A stretch of 15,742 nucleotides of DNA from Candidatus Altiarchaeales archaeon IMC4 (GTDB taxonomy: Archaea; Altiarchaeota; Altiarchaeia; IMC4). The stretch covers positions 617,444 through 633,185 of the forward strand of contig MCBF01000001.1 of the NCBI GenBank assembly GCA_001742785.1, read 5' to 3'. A program made the position numbers and the translations under genes. The notes below the pieces were generated by a model. The model was not told where the DNA came from. It made no database searches and was given only the letters and a program-made list of their open reading frames with translations. Shown here in pieces: positions 1-9,167 of this stretch. Each line of letters starts with the position of its first letter. Position 1 is the first letter of the stretch.

Positions 1-909
1 CATAGCATCTGAACCGATAAGCGGTGTTATGCCACTGTCCAAAAAAACAAGGGCGACTGCCGCGAACATTAATCCCTCGGCAGCCTGCGCGAATATCCAG
101 AGTATTGTCTTCTCCATCAGCGGCCTTCCTATGCCCCTGGTTATTTTAAATGAGTAAAGGAATATCGTCATCGGAAACATTACAAAGAAGCCCACCAGCA
201 CGATGTACCTTATGGCCAGCACAATCATCGCCGAAAGCAGAAGCACGGTGGGAATCGCAAGAAAGATGAACGATGAACTAATGGACCGCGACCCGGCATC
301 CAACCACTTCTGTTTATACCAGTCGATAAAAGGCGAGAAGGTAGTCCTTGTCAGTTCATTGGCAGACGGGCTGTTGGACGCTAAGACCCCCTGGGCGATC
401 CCCCACTGTGCGATAGAATGCGATGAGGAAACCATTGCCATAAGTATATATTTTGACATGAGGACAGCCACCATGCTGACGATTACCACCACCATCATGG
501 ATTTTGCCTTATTCTTACCTGCCGGGGAGCCGGACATGAATATTATATAGATGCCCAGAAGCAGCAGTATCACGACGTACGCGGGTTCGAGTATCCTGAT
601 AAAAAAAACCATCATGTCGGTTATCGGTTTGCTTCCCAAATCCGGGTTGTTGAGTATCGCAGGCACGAACTCGTCATAAAACCCTCCCGCTATTATCTCA
701 AGGGGGTGGTCGGCATTGCCTACATGGAATATGGATCTTGAAATCCATGTAGCAGTGCAACCCACAAAAGAGCCAAGAGCACCGAGGATGAACGGTATGA
801 CTAAAAGGGCCAATAACGGGGCTATTGCCTTCGCCGAGCCCGCGCAGGCCAAAACTAGGCAGGCCATGATGAATATCGCAACCCCCCTTCTTTTGTTTAT
901 CCTGACCAT
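1..909 (-). CDS. Multipass membrane protein, truncated at the window edge; possibly VirB6/TrbL/CedA-like
   Basis: Missing from the ORF track because it has no stop in the window. I read the frame by hand: ATG at 909-907 and 303 codons with no stop down to position 1 (MVRINKRRGVAIFIMACLVLACAGSAKAIAPLLALLVIPFILGALGSF...YVVILLLLGIYIIFMSGSPAGKNKAKSMMVVVIVSM...AIRYIVLVGFFVMFPMTIFLYSFKITRGIGRPLMEKTILWIFAQ...). It has many hydrophobic segments, and its start overlaps the upstream stop (TAATG). The CDS is well supported; the family label is a resemblance only. Confidence 0.85.
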   Translation of the reverse strand, partial: MVRINKRRGVAIFIMACLVLACAGSAKAIAPLLALLVIPFILGALGSFVGCTATWISRSIFHVGNADHPLEIIAGGFYDEFVPAILNNPDLGSKPITDMMVFFIRILEPAYVVILLLLGIYIIFMSGSPAGKNKAKSMMVVVIVSMVAVLMSKYILMAMVSSSHSIAQWGIAQGVLASNSPSANELTRTTFSPFIDWYKQKWLDAGSRSISSSFIFLAIPTVLLLSAMIVLAIRYIVLVGFFVMFPMTIFLYSFKITRGIGRPLMEKTILWIFAQAAEGLMFAAVALVFLDSGITPLIGSDAM

Positions 910-3900
910 TAGTCCTCACCCCTCAATTGCCGCCACATGCCCCCGAAATCAATGCGGCCTTTTCTAAAAAAGCGGTACGACAGCAAACCCACTATGAATA
1001 TGATTATAAGCAGGATAACATCCGGCGAAAGGAGGAACCAGAAACTGCTGAACGTCCAAACGTCAAGGTAAATGGAATCCTTGCTTTCTGTATGTGTATT
1101 ATCCCCCTCGAAAGTGATGGTGGCAGTCGTGCCTTCGTCTGCGATCCTGAAGGCAAATAGAGCCGCGCCCGCGCGGTCTGTTGTCGCGGCGGCTGGCAGG
1201 GGGGTGCCTTTATCGCTGGCATCAAATCCTACGCGTTTGCCCGGCAGTACCGCGCCGCTACAGGCATCGTACAGCACCCCGGTTAGCGACATATCGGTGT
1301 TTGGGCTAAGAAAGAACTCCCCCGGGTATACGCTGGTTATCTTCATCTTGCTTCCGTTTCTTGGGAAGACCTCGACAACTATGTTGCTGTCGCCGGCGTA
1401 CCGCGGGCTTGCGCCGTTCACGGTATTCGGAAAGAGGCCTATGGTGATATTTTCATAGAACGTATAAATCGTGATATTTGCCCTTTGGACATCCTCTTCG
1501 GATATTATATAATCTCTCTCGTTTGAACCAGCAAGCGTCCCGTAAGTCACATTACTAATCAAATCCCCCTGCTTTGGTCCGAGGCCCTCGAAAGAGTACG
1601 AATATGTGTGGTTTATATGGCTCTCGGTAGCCTGCCAGTCATCATATGGGTTTTCGAACGTGCGGGTTTTGGCAAAGTCGTAATAGGTATCCTCAAAATC
1701 GCCGTTGTGCATACTCCTCTGCGAAAGACATGTATCCTTCAGAGTCATATCCGCCCTGCAAACGCAATCGGTTCGTTCAGAGACTACCCCCTCCGCATCC
1801 CCACACACCGGCAGGCGGATATCGTCCACGCACATGCAGTTTGAAGGGCACAGGGTGTTGCATTGCGCAGGGTAATTGAACTCCTGCTGTTGGTATCCGT
1901 ACCAGTCGTCAAACGTGTAGCTGCGCAGTTTGTTTGCAGTCTCATCATGTGGGTACAGGACGTGTTCTACCGGCATATCGGCAAAGATCGGCACGTCTTC
2001 CAGCGGCTTAAACGTGTAGTTGCCTATGTGCAGCTCAAAGGTTACGAGGAGGTCAGGGTCCATCGTGATATCTAAGTTCCCGGCCGCCCCATCACTATCA
2101 GGGCCAAGACAGCGGTCAATCGTCCCGTTTATCCTGATATTGGCATGCGGCAGGCCGCTGTCCATGTCCGGCCGGGGGCGGCTAACGTTCGCAAACCAGT
2201 AGTCGGGCACGGTTACCGAATCGCTGAAGGGCTCTGAATCAATTTTCTCTATCAGGTCCTCGGAGGTTATTGGACCAATACTACAACTGCTAATGGGTCC
2301 TTTTTTCTCGTCCCTTGTTTGTATAAACCCGCACGCACTTGTTTCTTTAATGATCCTCCCCCCGCACCACTGCTCCGTACCACCCCCCCCGAAACAGAGA
2401 TTATCCTTGCACCTCTGACCGAGCGAGCACCCCCAATCCCCGCAGCACTGAACTGTTGTCTCCTTGCCCCTCACATTATTACACTCTCCATAATAACATT
2501 GTATAGGGTTGTCGGTATATTGGTTAATAAAGTCAAACAGACACGCGCCAGAGTCACTGGATGATCTGTACTTATAGGGAGTTGCATGACCTATGCTATC
2601 CTGCCAGCATAACTCTGTGGGAAGGTCTGAGCAACTTGCATATGGACTACTCCCAAGATTGATACAATCCCATGACGCCTTTTTGTATTTACATGCCCCC
2701 GTACCTATTTTTGTTGTTTCACCATTCTCTATTTCAAAAGTAATCTCCTTTGGCATAAATGCCTTATTATATGCCGCTAGTGTATAACTTCCACATGGTA
2801 GGTCATTGATATCAACCTCGCCATAGCTGTTCCTATACAGATTCCCTGCTACAAAAATATTTGCTGTCGTCGGTATGCTTGTACAGGTATATGAACCACA
2901 CCAGTACCAGTACGCCCCCGGTATTGACAGATTACCCTTGCAGTCCGCAGATTCGTCCCCCAGTGGTTTTTTCAAGGATGCCCACTTGTAGGTTGGCGGA
3001 ACTGTTGTTATAATATTGCCCGACTTATCGACATCACACCCCCCCCACTTACACCAGCAGTATGTACCCTTAGCATTGCAGCAGTGAACAAGGCTCATAT
3101 CCGCACTACACTGCGCCGGCGTGCAAATCTTCCTGTTGCACGCCGCCATGTATTTCTTTTGCGTCCCGCTTGAGGTGTACGTGTGCTGTGCATTCACCTG
3201 GAATATGCCTGCCTCTTGAAACAGGGTGTAATCGAAGACTATGTCCGAAGCGACTGTGAACTTCATCTTGTTGTCCGAGGGTATATATCTGCGCTTTATG
3301 GTGCAGTCTACGCCGTACTGCGTGTAATCGGCACATTTGGAACCGGTGCACGTCCAATCGGGCGGCTTGGTAAAGGTGGTGTTCGAGGCGGTGTCGAACC
3401 ACAGCACCTGCAGGTCTAAATCCCCCTCCTTTATTGTGAAGCCCATATTCCCGGTTTCCTTTATCGTGAAGGCAGGGTGTGATATCAACCAGCTGTTTCC
3501 CGAGCCAGTTATAGTAAGGGCGGTATTGTCTGTTCCGGCGATGTTCAAACCCCCCAAGACGTAATGGCCCTGTATGCCGCCCAGTACGAACCTCGTGGTC
3601 CCTAAAACCCCCTCCTCATCATATTCGAATTCGATCCTGCAGACCTGGCCGCAATCGCCCTGGTTAGACCCTTCTGCACATACACCCATTGAATCGTTGG
3701 TGCAGTGCTCTTTATCCGGTGGTATCGGGGACGCATGTTGCTCGCTTGAGCACTTGCAGGACATGTAATCAGTCTGGGTCAGAGAGGCATCACAGCCATC
3801 TAAGGTGTTATTCTCCCCGCCGGTGGCATCGCACTCCATAGGGCATGTATTCTTCCTTTCGAAACCGCCGCCGGCGTATAAACTACCCTGCCCGTTTTTC

Positions 3901-5090
3901 GTCCAGAGTATATTGTTGCTTATATCGTCCAGCGAAGGGGATACCATGAAAATCTTGTTCCATACGACCTTGAACATACGTGAACTATCGTGCCCTACTG
4001 CATCGTTAGCCGGCATCTCGTTCACGTCAACTAGGGCATTCCAGCGTTTTATATTGGATTCGTCAGTGCTTCCGGGGTACATAGGCTCCTGGAGCCATTC
4101 TACATTGGGGTTTTGGAGCCTGAGCGCCTCTATAACATCGGGCGGATCGCTCGTATCCATCAGTACCTCAAGAGGGGTTGTGTTAAGGTTCATGTACCAG
4201 TAGGCCAGCGAATCCTGACATCGTTTTGTCGGTGCAAGGTATTTGACCCTGTTGCAGAAGATGAACGCCGCCGTGGTTTCCCCGTACATCCTCTTGTATT
4301 TGTCATACGATTTGTAGTCCCTGTCACCCTCAACTATGCTTGCTTTCACGCATTTCACATAACTACTATTATCTATCACGAAATATTCCCTGGTGGTGGG
4401 GTTTCCAGATGTTTGAATAAATGACGGATAATCTGACCTGTCCAGCGCCCAATATTTGACTATAGGGTTTTCCGGCGAGGATTTTTTTGCTATGAACTTA
4501 TAGTTCCACGCATCGTTAACCCAGAGGTACGTGCCATATACCCCAATATTATAATTAACGCATAATTTGATGTCGTTCTGATGAAAAACCAAATAAAGCA
4601 TGTAGTTAAGTGGGCCGTCTATGGTGATGCTACCATATTCTGATGAATCCATGCTGGTTTCACCCACGGCAACTGCACAAGTGTATTGGTCATAGGATAT
4701 GGTTTTACACTTACCCCCACATCCTAAAACCTGGATGTTGTCCGAGCCGACGTTAATAACCCTTACTAGCGAAAACGTGCCCGCTGGGCACACTATATCC
4801 GCCCCGCTGTAGTTTGGGATCGTAACAGTCGGCATAACATCGAAGCAGTCCGTTATTTCAGTGCCGGAATAACAGCCGTAAACCCCGCAGTACTTGATGG
4901 TTGCGGTGCCGGAAGCTTGGCATTTTACCAAAGAGTCAGGGTCTATGCCATCGGTATTGTTGAGGTTTAGGCAATGGTCCCCTGGCGTAACTGTGAATCC
5001 GCCAACCGTGCATGTCTGGGCAGATACTTGGGTAGAAATGACTGATAAAATGAGCAGGATGCAAACCAGATATTTGGTAGTTTTCGGCAT
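909..5090 (-). CDS. Large Cys-rich secreted, membrane-anchored surface protein (adhesin/S-layer-associated-like)
   Basis: 1393-aa ORF with an N-terminal signal peptide (MPKTTKYLVCILLILSVISTQVSAQ) and many Cys. It has a carboxypeptidase-regulatory-like beta segment (GEVDINDLPCGSYTLAAYNKAFMPKEITFEI), an Ig-like segment near the C-terminus (LTGVLYDACSGAVLPGKRVGF...TTDRAGAA...TITFEGDNTH), and a C-terminal TM helix followed by basic residues (VILLIIIFIVGLLSYRFFRK). Confidence 0.85.
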   Translation of the reverse strand: MPKTTKYLVCILLILSVISTQVSAQTCTVGGFTVTPGDHCLNLNNTDGIDPDSLVKCQASGTATIKYCGVYGCYSGTEITDCFDVMPTVTIPNYSGADIVCPAGTFSLVRVINVGSDNIQVLGCGGKCKTISYDQYTCAVAVGETSMDSSEYGSITIDGPLNYMLYLVFHQNDIKLCVNYNIGVYGTYLWVNDAWNYKFIAKKSSPENPIVKYWALDRSDYPSFIQTSGNPTTREYFVIDNSSYVKCVKASIVEGDRDYKSYDKYKRMYGETTAAFIFCNRVKYLAPTKRCQDSLAYWYMNLNTTPLEVLMDTSDPPDVIEALRLQNPNVEWLQEPMYPGSTDESNIKRWNALVDVNEMPANDAVGHDSSRMFKVVWNKIFMVSPSLDDISNNILWTKNGQGSLYAGGGFERKNTCPMECDATGGENNTLDGCDASLTQTDYMSCKCSSEQHASPIPPDKEHCTNDSMGVCAEGSNQGDCGQVCRIEFEYDEEGVLGTTRFVLGGIQGHYVLGGLNIAGTDNTALTITGSGNSWLISHPAFTIKETGNMGFTIKEGDLDLQVLWFDTASNTTFTKPPDWTCTGSKCADYTQYGVDCTIKRRYIPSDNKMKFTVASDIVFDYTLFQEAGIFQVNAQHTYTSSGTQKKYMAACNRKICTPAQCSADMSLVHCCNAKGTYCWCKWGGCDVDKSGNIITTVPPTYKWASLKKPLGDESADCKGNLSIPGAYWYWCGSYTCTSIPTTANIFVAGNLYRNSYGEVDINDLPCGSYTLAAYNKAFMPKEITFEIENGETTKIGTGACKYKKASWDCINLGSSPYASCSDLPTELCWQDSIGHATPYKYRSSSDSGACLFDFINQYTDNPIQCYYGECNNVRGKETTVQCCGDWGCSLGQRCKDNLCFGGGGTEQWCGGRIIKETSACGFIQTRDEKKGPISSCSIGPITSEDLIEKIDSEPFSDSVTVPDYWFANVSRPRPDMDSGLPHANIRINGTIDRCLGPDSDGAAGNLDITMDPDLLVTFELHIGNYTFKPLEDVPIFADMPVEHVLYPHDETANKLRSYTFDDWYGYQQQEFNYPAQCNTLCPSNCMCVDDIRLPVCGDAEGVVSERTDCVCRADMTLKDTCLSQRSMHNGDFEDTYYDFAKTRTFENPYDDWQATESHINHTYSYSFEGLGPKQGDLISNVTYGTLAGSNERDYIISEEDVQRANITIYTFYENITIGLFPNTVNGASPRYAGDSNIVVEVFPRNGSKMKITSVYPGEFFLSPNTDMSLTGVLYDACSGAVLPGKRVGFDASDKGTPLPAAATTDRAGAALFAFRIADEGTTATITFEGDNTHTESKDSIYLDVWTFSSFWFLLSPDVILLIIIFIVGLLSYRFFRKGRIDFGGMWRQLRGED

Positions 5091-5133
5091 TTTAATAATA
5101 TATGGTTAAATATAAATTATATACTTATTCAAG
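5091..5133. promoter_or_regulatory. Compact bidirectional archaeal promoter region with overlapping TATA-like boxes
   Basis: 43-bp, very AT-rich gap between divergent start codons, containing TTAAATATAAATTATATA about 20-30 nt from each ATG. Consistent with leaderless transcripts in both directions. Confidence 0.6.
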
Positions 5134-6261
5134 ATGATTCAAAGAAAAGATATCAAAGCGATTGTTGAGGGCTACGACAAAAACGCCATAACGATAGGAG
5201 TCCTCGGCTCCCACTCGGCCCTTGACATCTGCCGCGGCGCGAAGGACACGGGCTTCAAAACCATTGTCGTGTGCCAGAAGGGGCGGGAAAAAACCTACGC
5301 CAAGTATTACAGGTCAAGGGGCGCAAAGGGCGTGGTTGACGACGTGCTGGTGCTTGACAAATTTTCGGAGATAACAAAAAAAGAAAACATCGAGTACCTG
5401 CAAAAGCGAAACACAATATTTCTGCCGCACCGCTCGTTTGAGGTTTACGTCGGCTTCGAAAAAATCGAGAACGAGTTTGCGGTCCCGATTTTCGGCTCGA
5501 GAAACCTGCTGAGGGCAGAAGAGCGCTACGTCGATAAAAACCAGTATTACCTGATGGAGAAGGGGGGAATTCCGTACCCGAAAACCTACAAGAGCCCCGA
5601 TGACATAGACCGGCTTGTTATCGTCAAGGTCGCGGAAAAGGAAAGGCCTTATGAGCGGGCATTCTTCTTTGCATCATCTCATAAAGAATACACTGATAAG
5701 TCGCAGGAGCTTATACTCAAGGGGAAGATAACGCCCGACGCGCTGAAAGAAGCGGTAATAGAGGAATTCATCGACGGGGCGCAGGTCAATCTGAACTTCT
5801 TTTATTCAACATTGACAGGGGAACTTGAACTGCTTGGCACGGACACAAGAAGGCAGACCAACCTCGACGGGATTTTGCGGCTTCCAGCGCCACAGCAGAA
5901 TGAACTCTTAAAATATAAGGCAGTCCAGGCAATCGAAGCCGGGCACATCGCCTGCACGGTTAAGGAATCCCTGCTCGAGCAGATTTTTGAACTTGGCGAG
6001 AAATTCGTGAAAGTCGCAAAACAGGAGTATCCCCCGGGAATCATCGGGCCGTTCGCACTACAGTGCGCATTAACGCCCGGCCCACCTAAGGAAAGTTTCG
6101 TCTGCTTTGACATAAGCATGCGAGTGCAGGGATCGCCGGGAACGAAATTCACTCCGTACTCGGAATACCTGCACGGGGGGCCGGTGAGCGTTGGAAAAAG
6201 GATAGGGATCGAGATAAAGAGTGCGATAAATGAAAACAAGCTAACAGGCATCGTGACCTGA
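5134..6261 (+). CDS. purP: PurP-family ATP-grasp ligase (FAICAR synthetase-like, DUF1246/DUF1297)
   Basis: N-terminal TIGVLGSHSALDICRGAKDTGF, plus IFGSRNLLRAEER, NFFYS, PPGIIGPFALQ and DISMRVQGSPG, all typical of archaeal PurP/PurP-like proteins. It may be the PurP-like paralog rather than the canonical enzyme. Confidence 0.85.
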   Translation: MIQRKDIKAIVEGYDKNAITIGVLGSHSALDICRGAKDTGFKTIVVCQKGREKTYAKYYRSRGAKGVVDDVLVLDKFSEITKKENIEYLQKRNTIFLPHRSFEVYVGFEKIENEFAVPIFGSRNLLRAEERYVDKNQYYLMEKGGIPYPKTYKSPDDIDRLVIVKVAEKERPYERAFFFASSHKEYTDKSQELILKGKITPDALKEAVIEEFIDGAQVNLNFFYSTLTGELELLGTDTRRQTNLDGILRLPAPQQNELLKYKAVQAIEAGHIACTVKESLLEQIFELGEKFVKVAKQEYPPGIIGPFALQCALTPGPPKESFVCFDISMRVQGSPGTKFTPYSEYLHGGPVSVGKRIGIEIKSAINENKLTGIVT

Positions 6262-6271
6262 TATGTGGATA

Positions 6272-6278
6272 TTTAAAA
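6272..6278 (+). promoter_or_regulatory. Putative TATA box for the gene starting at 6305
   Basis: TTTAAAA lies 27-33 nt upstream of ATG 6305. Confidence 0.4.
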
Positions 6279-6304
6279 GGAAAACGATATTATTTATACA
6301 TAAA

Positions 6305-7471
6305 ATGAAACCGACAAAATTTTTCGTCTTAGTGGCGATTTTTATTTTGGGTTCAACGTGCGTTAATGCAGAAGAGAGAAAAGTACTTTTCTATGAACTG
6401 GGGTCTTCCGCGGCTTACGGCTCATCAACAGGTTATTCCAAACTCGCGGAACGGATGGTAAAAGAGGGCTACACAGTAACCCCCTTGTCCGTAGGCCCCA
6501 TAACCACGGAAAAACTGAGAGGATATGACCTTCTGGTAATCCCTGCGATGGGCTCAACTTTGACCTCCGACGAGATGGCTGCGGTGCTTTCATTCGTAAT
6601 GCAGGACGGGAAGGGGCTTTTCATAACAGCCGGTTCGGAAACCGAGACCAACCATCTCGCGATACCATTCGGCATAAGGATTGACGCTTCCGGGAAACTC
6701 GAAGACTCCGAGAACCAGATGCCCGGCGACACAAACAAACGCGACTTCCAGGTGAGCAGGCTTACGGAGGATTCGCTCATAAGTACGATAAGGAAGGGCG
6801 TAAATCGCATCGGCTTTTACGAGGGGTCGGGGCTTTACCTGACGGGTGAGGCGAAGTGGGTTGCTACAGGTAGCAGGTCTTCTTATTCGACAAGCGGGAC
6901 GTTCCCGCGCGACAGCATGCCCCCCGTGGCGGCGGTTGTCCGCTTCGGTTGCTTCGGCAGCGGTCTGATATTCTTGACATCCGATCCTGACATGTTCAAA
7001 AACGAGAACATCGAGAAATACGACAATATGAAGCTGGCAGTCAACGCCGTCGAGTGGCTGACGACCCCGCAGGATATATATAAAGAAAACGAGACGTGCG
7101 GCGACATGATGCGCGAGGTCACGATAGAGAAGAACAGGATAGAGAGGGAAATGAAACTGATTAATGCCTCCCTCGAGCAAACTACAATTAAGTTGAATAC
7201 ACAATTGAGTGAGAACGCCCAGTTGACCGAAGACATAAATCACCTAAGGTCGGGCATGTTCTGCTACAAGGATGCATTCTGCGTCGCCCAGACGACCGCG
7301 GCAATAATCCTTTTAGGGCTGTTCCTTTTGGTAGGGGTCATAATATACTCTTCAAGAATGCCAAAGCCCCAAGAAAAGAAAGGCGATGAACTCGGGGAGG
7401 AGCTGGGATACGAATTCGAGGAGCCGATAGAAGAGATTGGCAGGGAAGAGGGTACGGAAGGCAAGGTATGA
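6305..7471 (+). CDS. Secreted, membrane-anchored protein with a class I GATase-like (DUF4350/GIFT-like) domain, coiled coil, TM helix and acidic tail
   Basis: Start moved from 6263 to 6305 because MKPTKFFVLVAIFILGSTCVNA is a signal peptide. Motifs include GYSKLAERMVKEGYTV, LRGYDLLVIPA, FVMQDGKGLFI, GLIFLTSDPDMF and DNMKLAVNAVEWL. A heptad-like segment follows, then the TM AAIILLGLFLLVGVIIY and an E-rich C-terminus. Confidence 0.75.
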   Translation: MKPTKFFVLVAIFILGSTCVNAEERKVLFYELGSSAAYGSSTGYSKLAERMVKEGYTVTPLSVGPITTEKLRGYDLLVIPAMGSTLTSDEMAAVLSFVMQDGKGLFITAGSETETNHLAIPFGIRIDASGKLEDSENQMPGDTNKRDFQVSRLTEDSLISTIRKGVNRIGFYEGSGLYLTGEAKWVATGSRSSYSTSGTFPRDSMPPVAAVVRFGCFGSGLIFLTSDPDMFKNENIEKYDNMKLAVNAVEWLTTPQDIYKENETCGDMMREVTIEKNRIEREMKLINASLEQTTIKLNTQLSENAQLTEDINHLRSGMFCYKDAFCVAQTTAAIILLGLFLLVGVIIYSSRMPKPQEKKGDELGEELGYEFEEPIEEIGREEGTEGKV

Positions 7472-7483
7472 TCTTAAACTACT

Positions 7484-7807
7484 TTATTTTACATTCCCTC
7501 TTCTTTTTGAGTCGATCTGCACGAGTATCTCCTTGAACTCTTTGTCACTCAAAACCTTCGGGAGCCGGCCTGCCTGATAAAGCTGTATAAGGAGTATTTC
7601 AACCTGGCGGGCAAACTCGGGCATCGCGGTCCTGAGGTTTCCAAGACGCTCCCTTGCGTCAGGTGAGAGGATTTTGTTTATTATCGCGTGTATCTGCATG
7701 CCGATCTCTTTTTCCTGCATCTGCTGCTGAAAAGACTCCTCATTAGCCTGCTGCATCATCTGTTGCATGCGCTCTTGCCGGATCCTTTCCAGTTCCACAT
7801 CAGACAT
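7484..7807 (-). CDS. PDCD5-family dsDNA-binding protein (MTH1615-like)
   Basis: MSDVELERIRQERMQQM...ILSPDARERLGNLRTAMPEFARQVEILLIQLYQAGRL. It sits immediately downstream of rps19e, its usual archaeal position. Start placed at ATG 7807. Confidence 0.9.
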   Translation of the reverse strand: MSDVELERIRQERMQQMMQQANEESFQQQMQEKEIGMQIHAIINKILSPDARERLGNLRTAMPEFARQVEILLIQLYQAGRLPKVLSDKEFKEILVQIDSKRRGNVK

Positions 7808-7817
7808 TTTGACAGAA

Positions 7818-8234
7818 TTATTTCTTTGCCATCTTAGAGGCAATCTTGTCCAGATACGAGCGGCCCTTTGGGGTTATTCTCCTACCCCCCTTGGTGTTCT
7901 CGGTGAACCCCTGTTTGTCAAGATCCTGGAATATCGCCCGGATTATCTTGCCGCCAGCCTTTACGGAGATTTCCGGCTTGTGGCCACGGTTTTTCCTGCC
8001 GCCGTACGCGACCCTAAGGCGCCGTACACCGAGCGGGCCGTGGACGTAAACCTTCCTCAAAACCGATGCCGCCCTGTGGAACCACCAGTCGTTGTCTTCA
8101 GGGCGCGTGTCTTTGTGCGACCCAGTCTTTACGATGTCCGCCCACTTTGGCTTGCTGATCTTTATGTTCTCCTTTAAGTCCTTTGCCGTTTCCTTTATGA
8201 ATTCTCCTGCGGGAATCTCAAACACTGTTGTCAT
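7818..8234 (-). CDS. rps19e: 30S ribosomal protein S19e
   Basis: PKWADIVKTGSHKDTRPEDNDWWFHRAASVLRKVY; YGGRKNRG; GRRITPKGRSYLD. Confidence 0.97.
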   Translation of the reverse strand: MTTVFEIPAGEFIKETAKDLKENIKISKPKWADIVKTGSHKDTRPEDNDWWFHRAASVLRKVYVHGPLGVRRLRVAYGGRKNRGHKPEISVKAGGKIIRAIFQDLDKQGFTENTKGGRRITPKGRSYLDKIASKMAKK

Positions 8235-8240
8235 TTTTGT

Positions 8241-8681
8241 TTATATCCACTCCACACCTATCTTCTTGTAATCGATTATCTCGGACTCGTCAAAGAAGAT
8301 CGGGATTTCGTATTTCGCCGATTCCTTAGAGTCCGATGCGTGGATTATGTTGCGGTTAACCCTAAGTGCGAAGTCACCCCGTATAGTCCCAAGATCCGCG
8401 TCGGCAGGGTTAGTGGTTCCGAGCATTTTCCTGACGAGGGGTATGACATTTTCTGCCTCAAGGATGCCGACGACAATCGGCGACGATGTGATGTAGCCGA
8501 CAAGGTCGTCAAAGAACGGTTTTCCTTTGTGGGCATCATAGAGCTTTTTCGCCCGCGCCTTGTCGATCCACAGCATCTTCAGGGCCGCTACCTTGATGCC
8601 CCGGTACTCGAAGCGGTGGAGTATCTCCCCGATCAGGCCCCTCTGCACGGCATCAGGTTTTATTATGATGAGTGTTCTCAT
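8241..8681 (-). CDS. ndk: Nucleoside diphosphate kinase
   Basis: RTLIIIKPDAVQRGLIGEI, GTIRGDFA and the catalytic NIIHASDS. ATGA overlap with the rpl24e stop. Confidence 0.98.
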   Translation of the reverse strand: MRTLIIIKPDAVQRGLIGEILHRFEYRGIKVAALKMLWIDKARAKKLYDAHKGKPFFDDLVGYITSSPIVVGILEAENVIPLVRKMLGTTNPADADLGTIRGDFALRVNRNIIHASDSKESAKYEIPIFFDESEIIDYKKIGVEWI

Positions 8682-9166
8682 TTTTTCTTAGGCGCTTTTT
8701 TTGGTTTTGGCCGGTTTTTTGGCGCAGGGGTTTTTACGGCAGGCTTTTTCACAGCCGGTTTTTTCGCGGCTGATTTTTTAGGTGTTGCCTTTTTTTCTTC
8801 AACTGCCGCCGCGACCTCTTCCTCATGGACTTTCGCCGCAGTTTTTGCCTTCTTGGCAACGGTTTCTTTCTTTTGCCTTATCTCCTTTTTCGCCTTCGCT
8901 GCATTCAGTTTTTCCTTCGAAAGCTCCTTAGCCTTCCCTGCCTCTGCCAGCCTCGCATCCCGCTCTTCCTTGGGGATGGCCTTTATCCTGATTTCCTTTT
9001 CCTCGCGGTAGGTTTTAGTCCACTTGACCTTTCTTGGCTTGCGCTTGAGCTTTAGCATGTTCTTTGTGCACTTGCGGGAGCAGAAATTGACGGCAGTGCC
9101 CCTCTTGGTGATGTAGACCTTCCCGGTACCACGCTCAATTTCAATTCCACAAAAACTGCATTCCAT
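8678..9166 (-). CDS. rpl24e: 50S ribosomal protein L24e with a long Lys/Ala/Pro-rich C-terminal extension
   Basis: CSFCG...GTGKVYI...FCSRKC...RKPRKVKWT zinc-ribbon core; conserved position between rps28e and ndk. Confidence 0.95.
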   Translation of the reverse strand: MECSFCGIEIERGTGKVYITKRGTAVNFCSRKCTKNMLKLKRKPRKVKWTKTYREEKEIRIKAIPKEERDARLAEAGKAKELSKEKLNAAKAKKEIRQKKETVAKKAKTAAKVHEEEVAAAVEEKKATPKKSAAKKPAVKKPAVKTPAPKNRPKPKKAPKKK

Positions 9167-9167
9167 T

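Noticed and set aside
203..967. Plus-strand ORFs 203-550 and 716-967 and minus-strand ORF 698-919
   Set aside because: They are shadows of the uninterrupted minus-strand frame 909 to <1.
6263..6304. Upstream start for the GATase-like gene
   Set aside because: It would place 14 residues before an otherwise canonical signal peptide and would overlap the likely TATA box.
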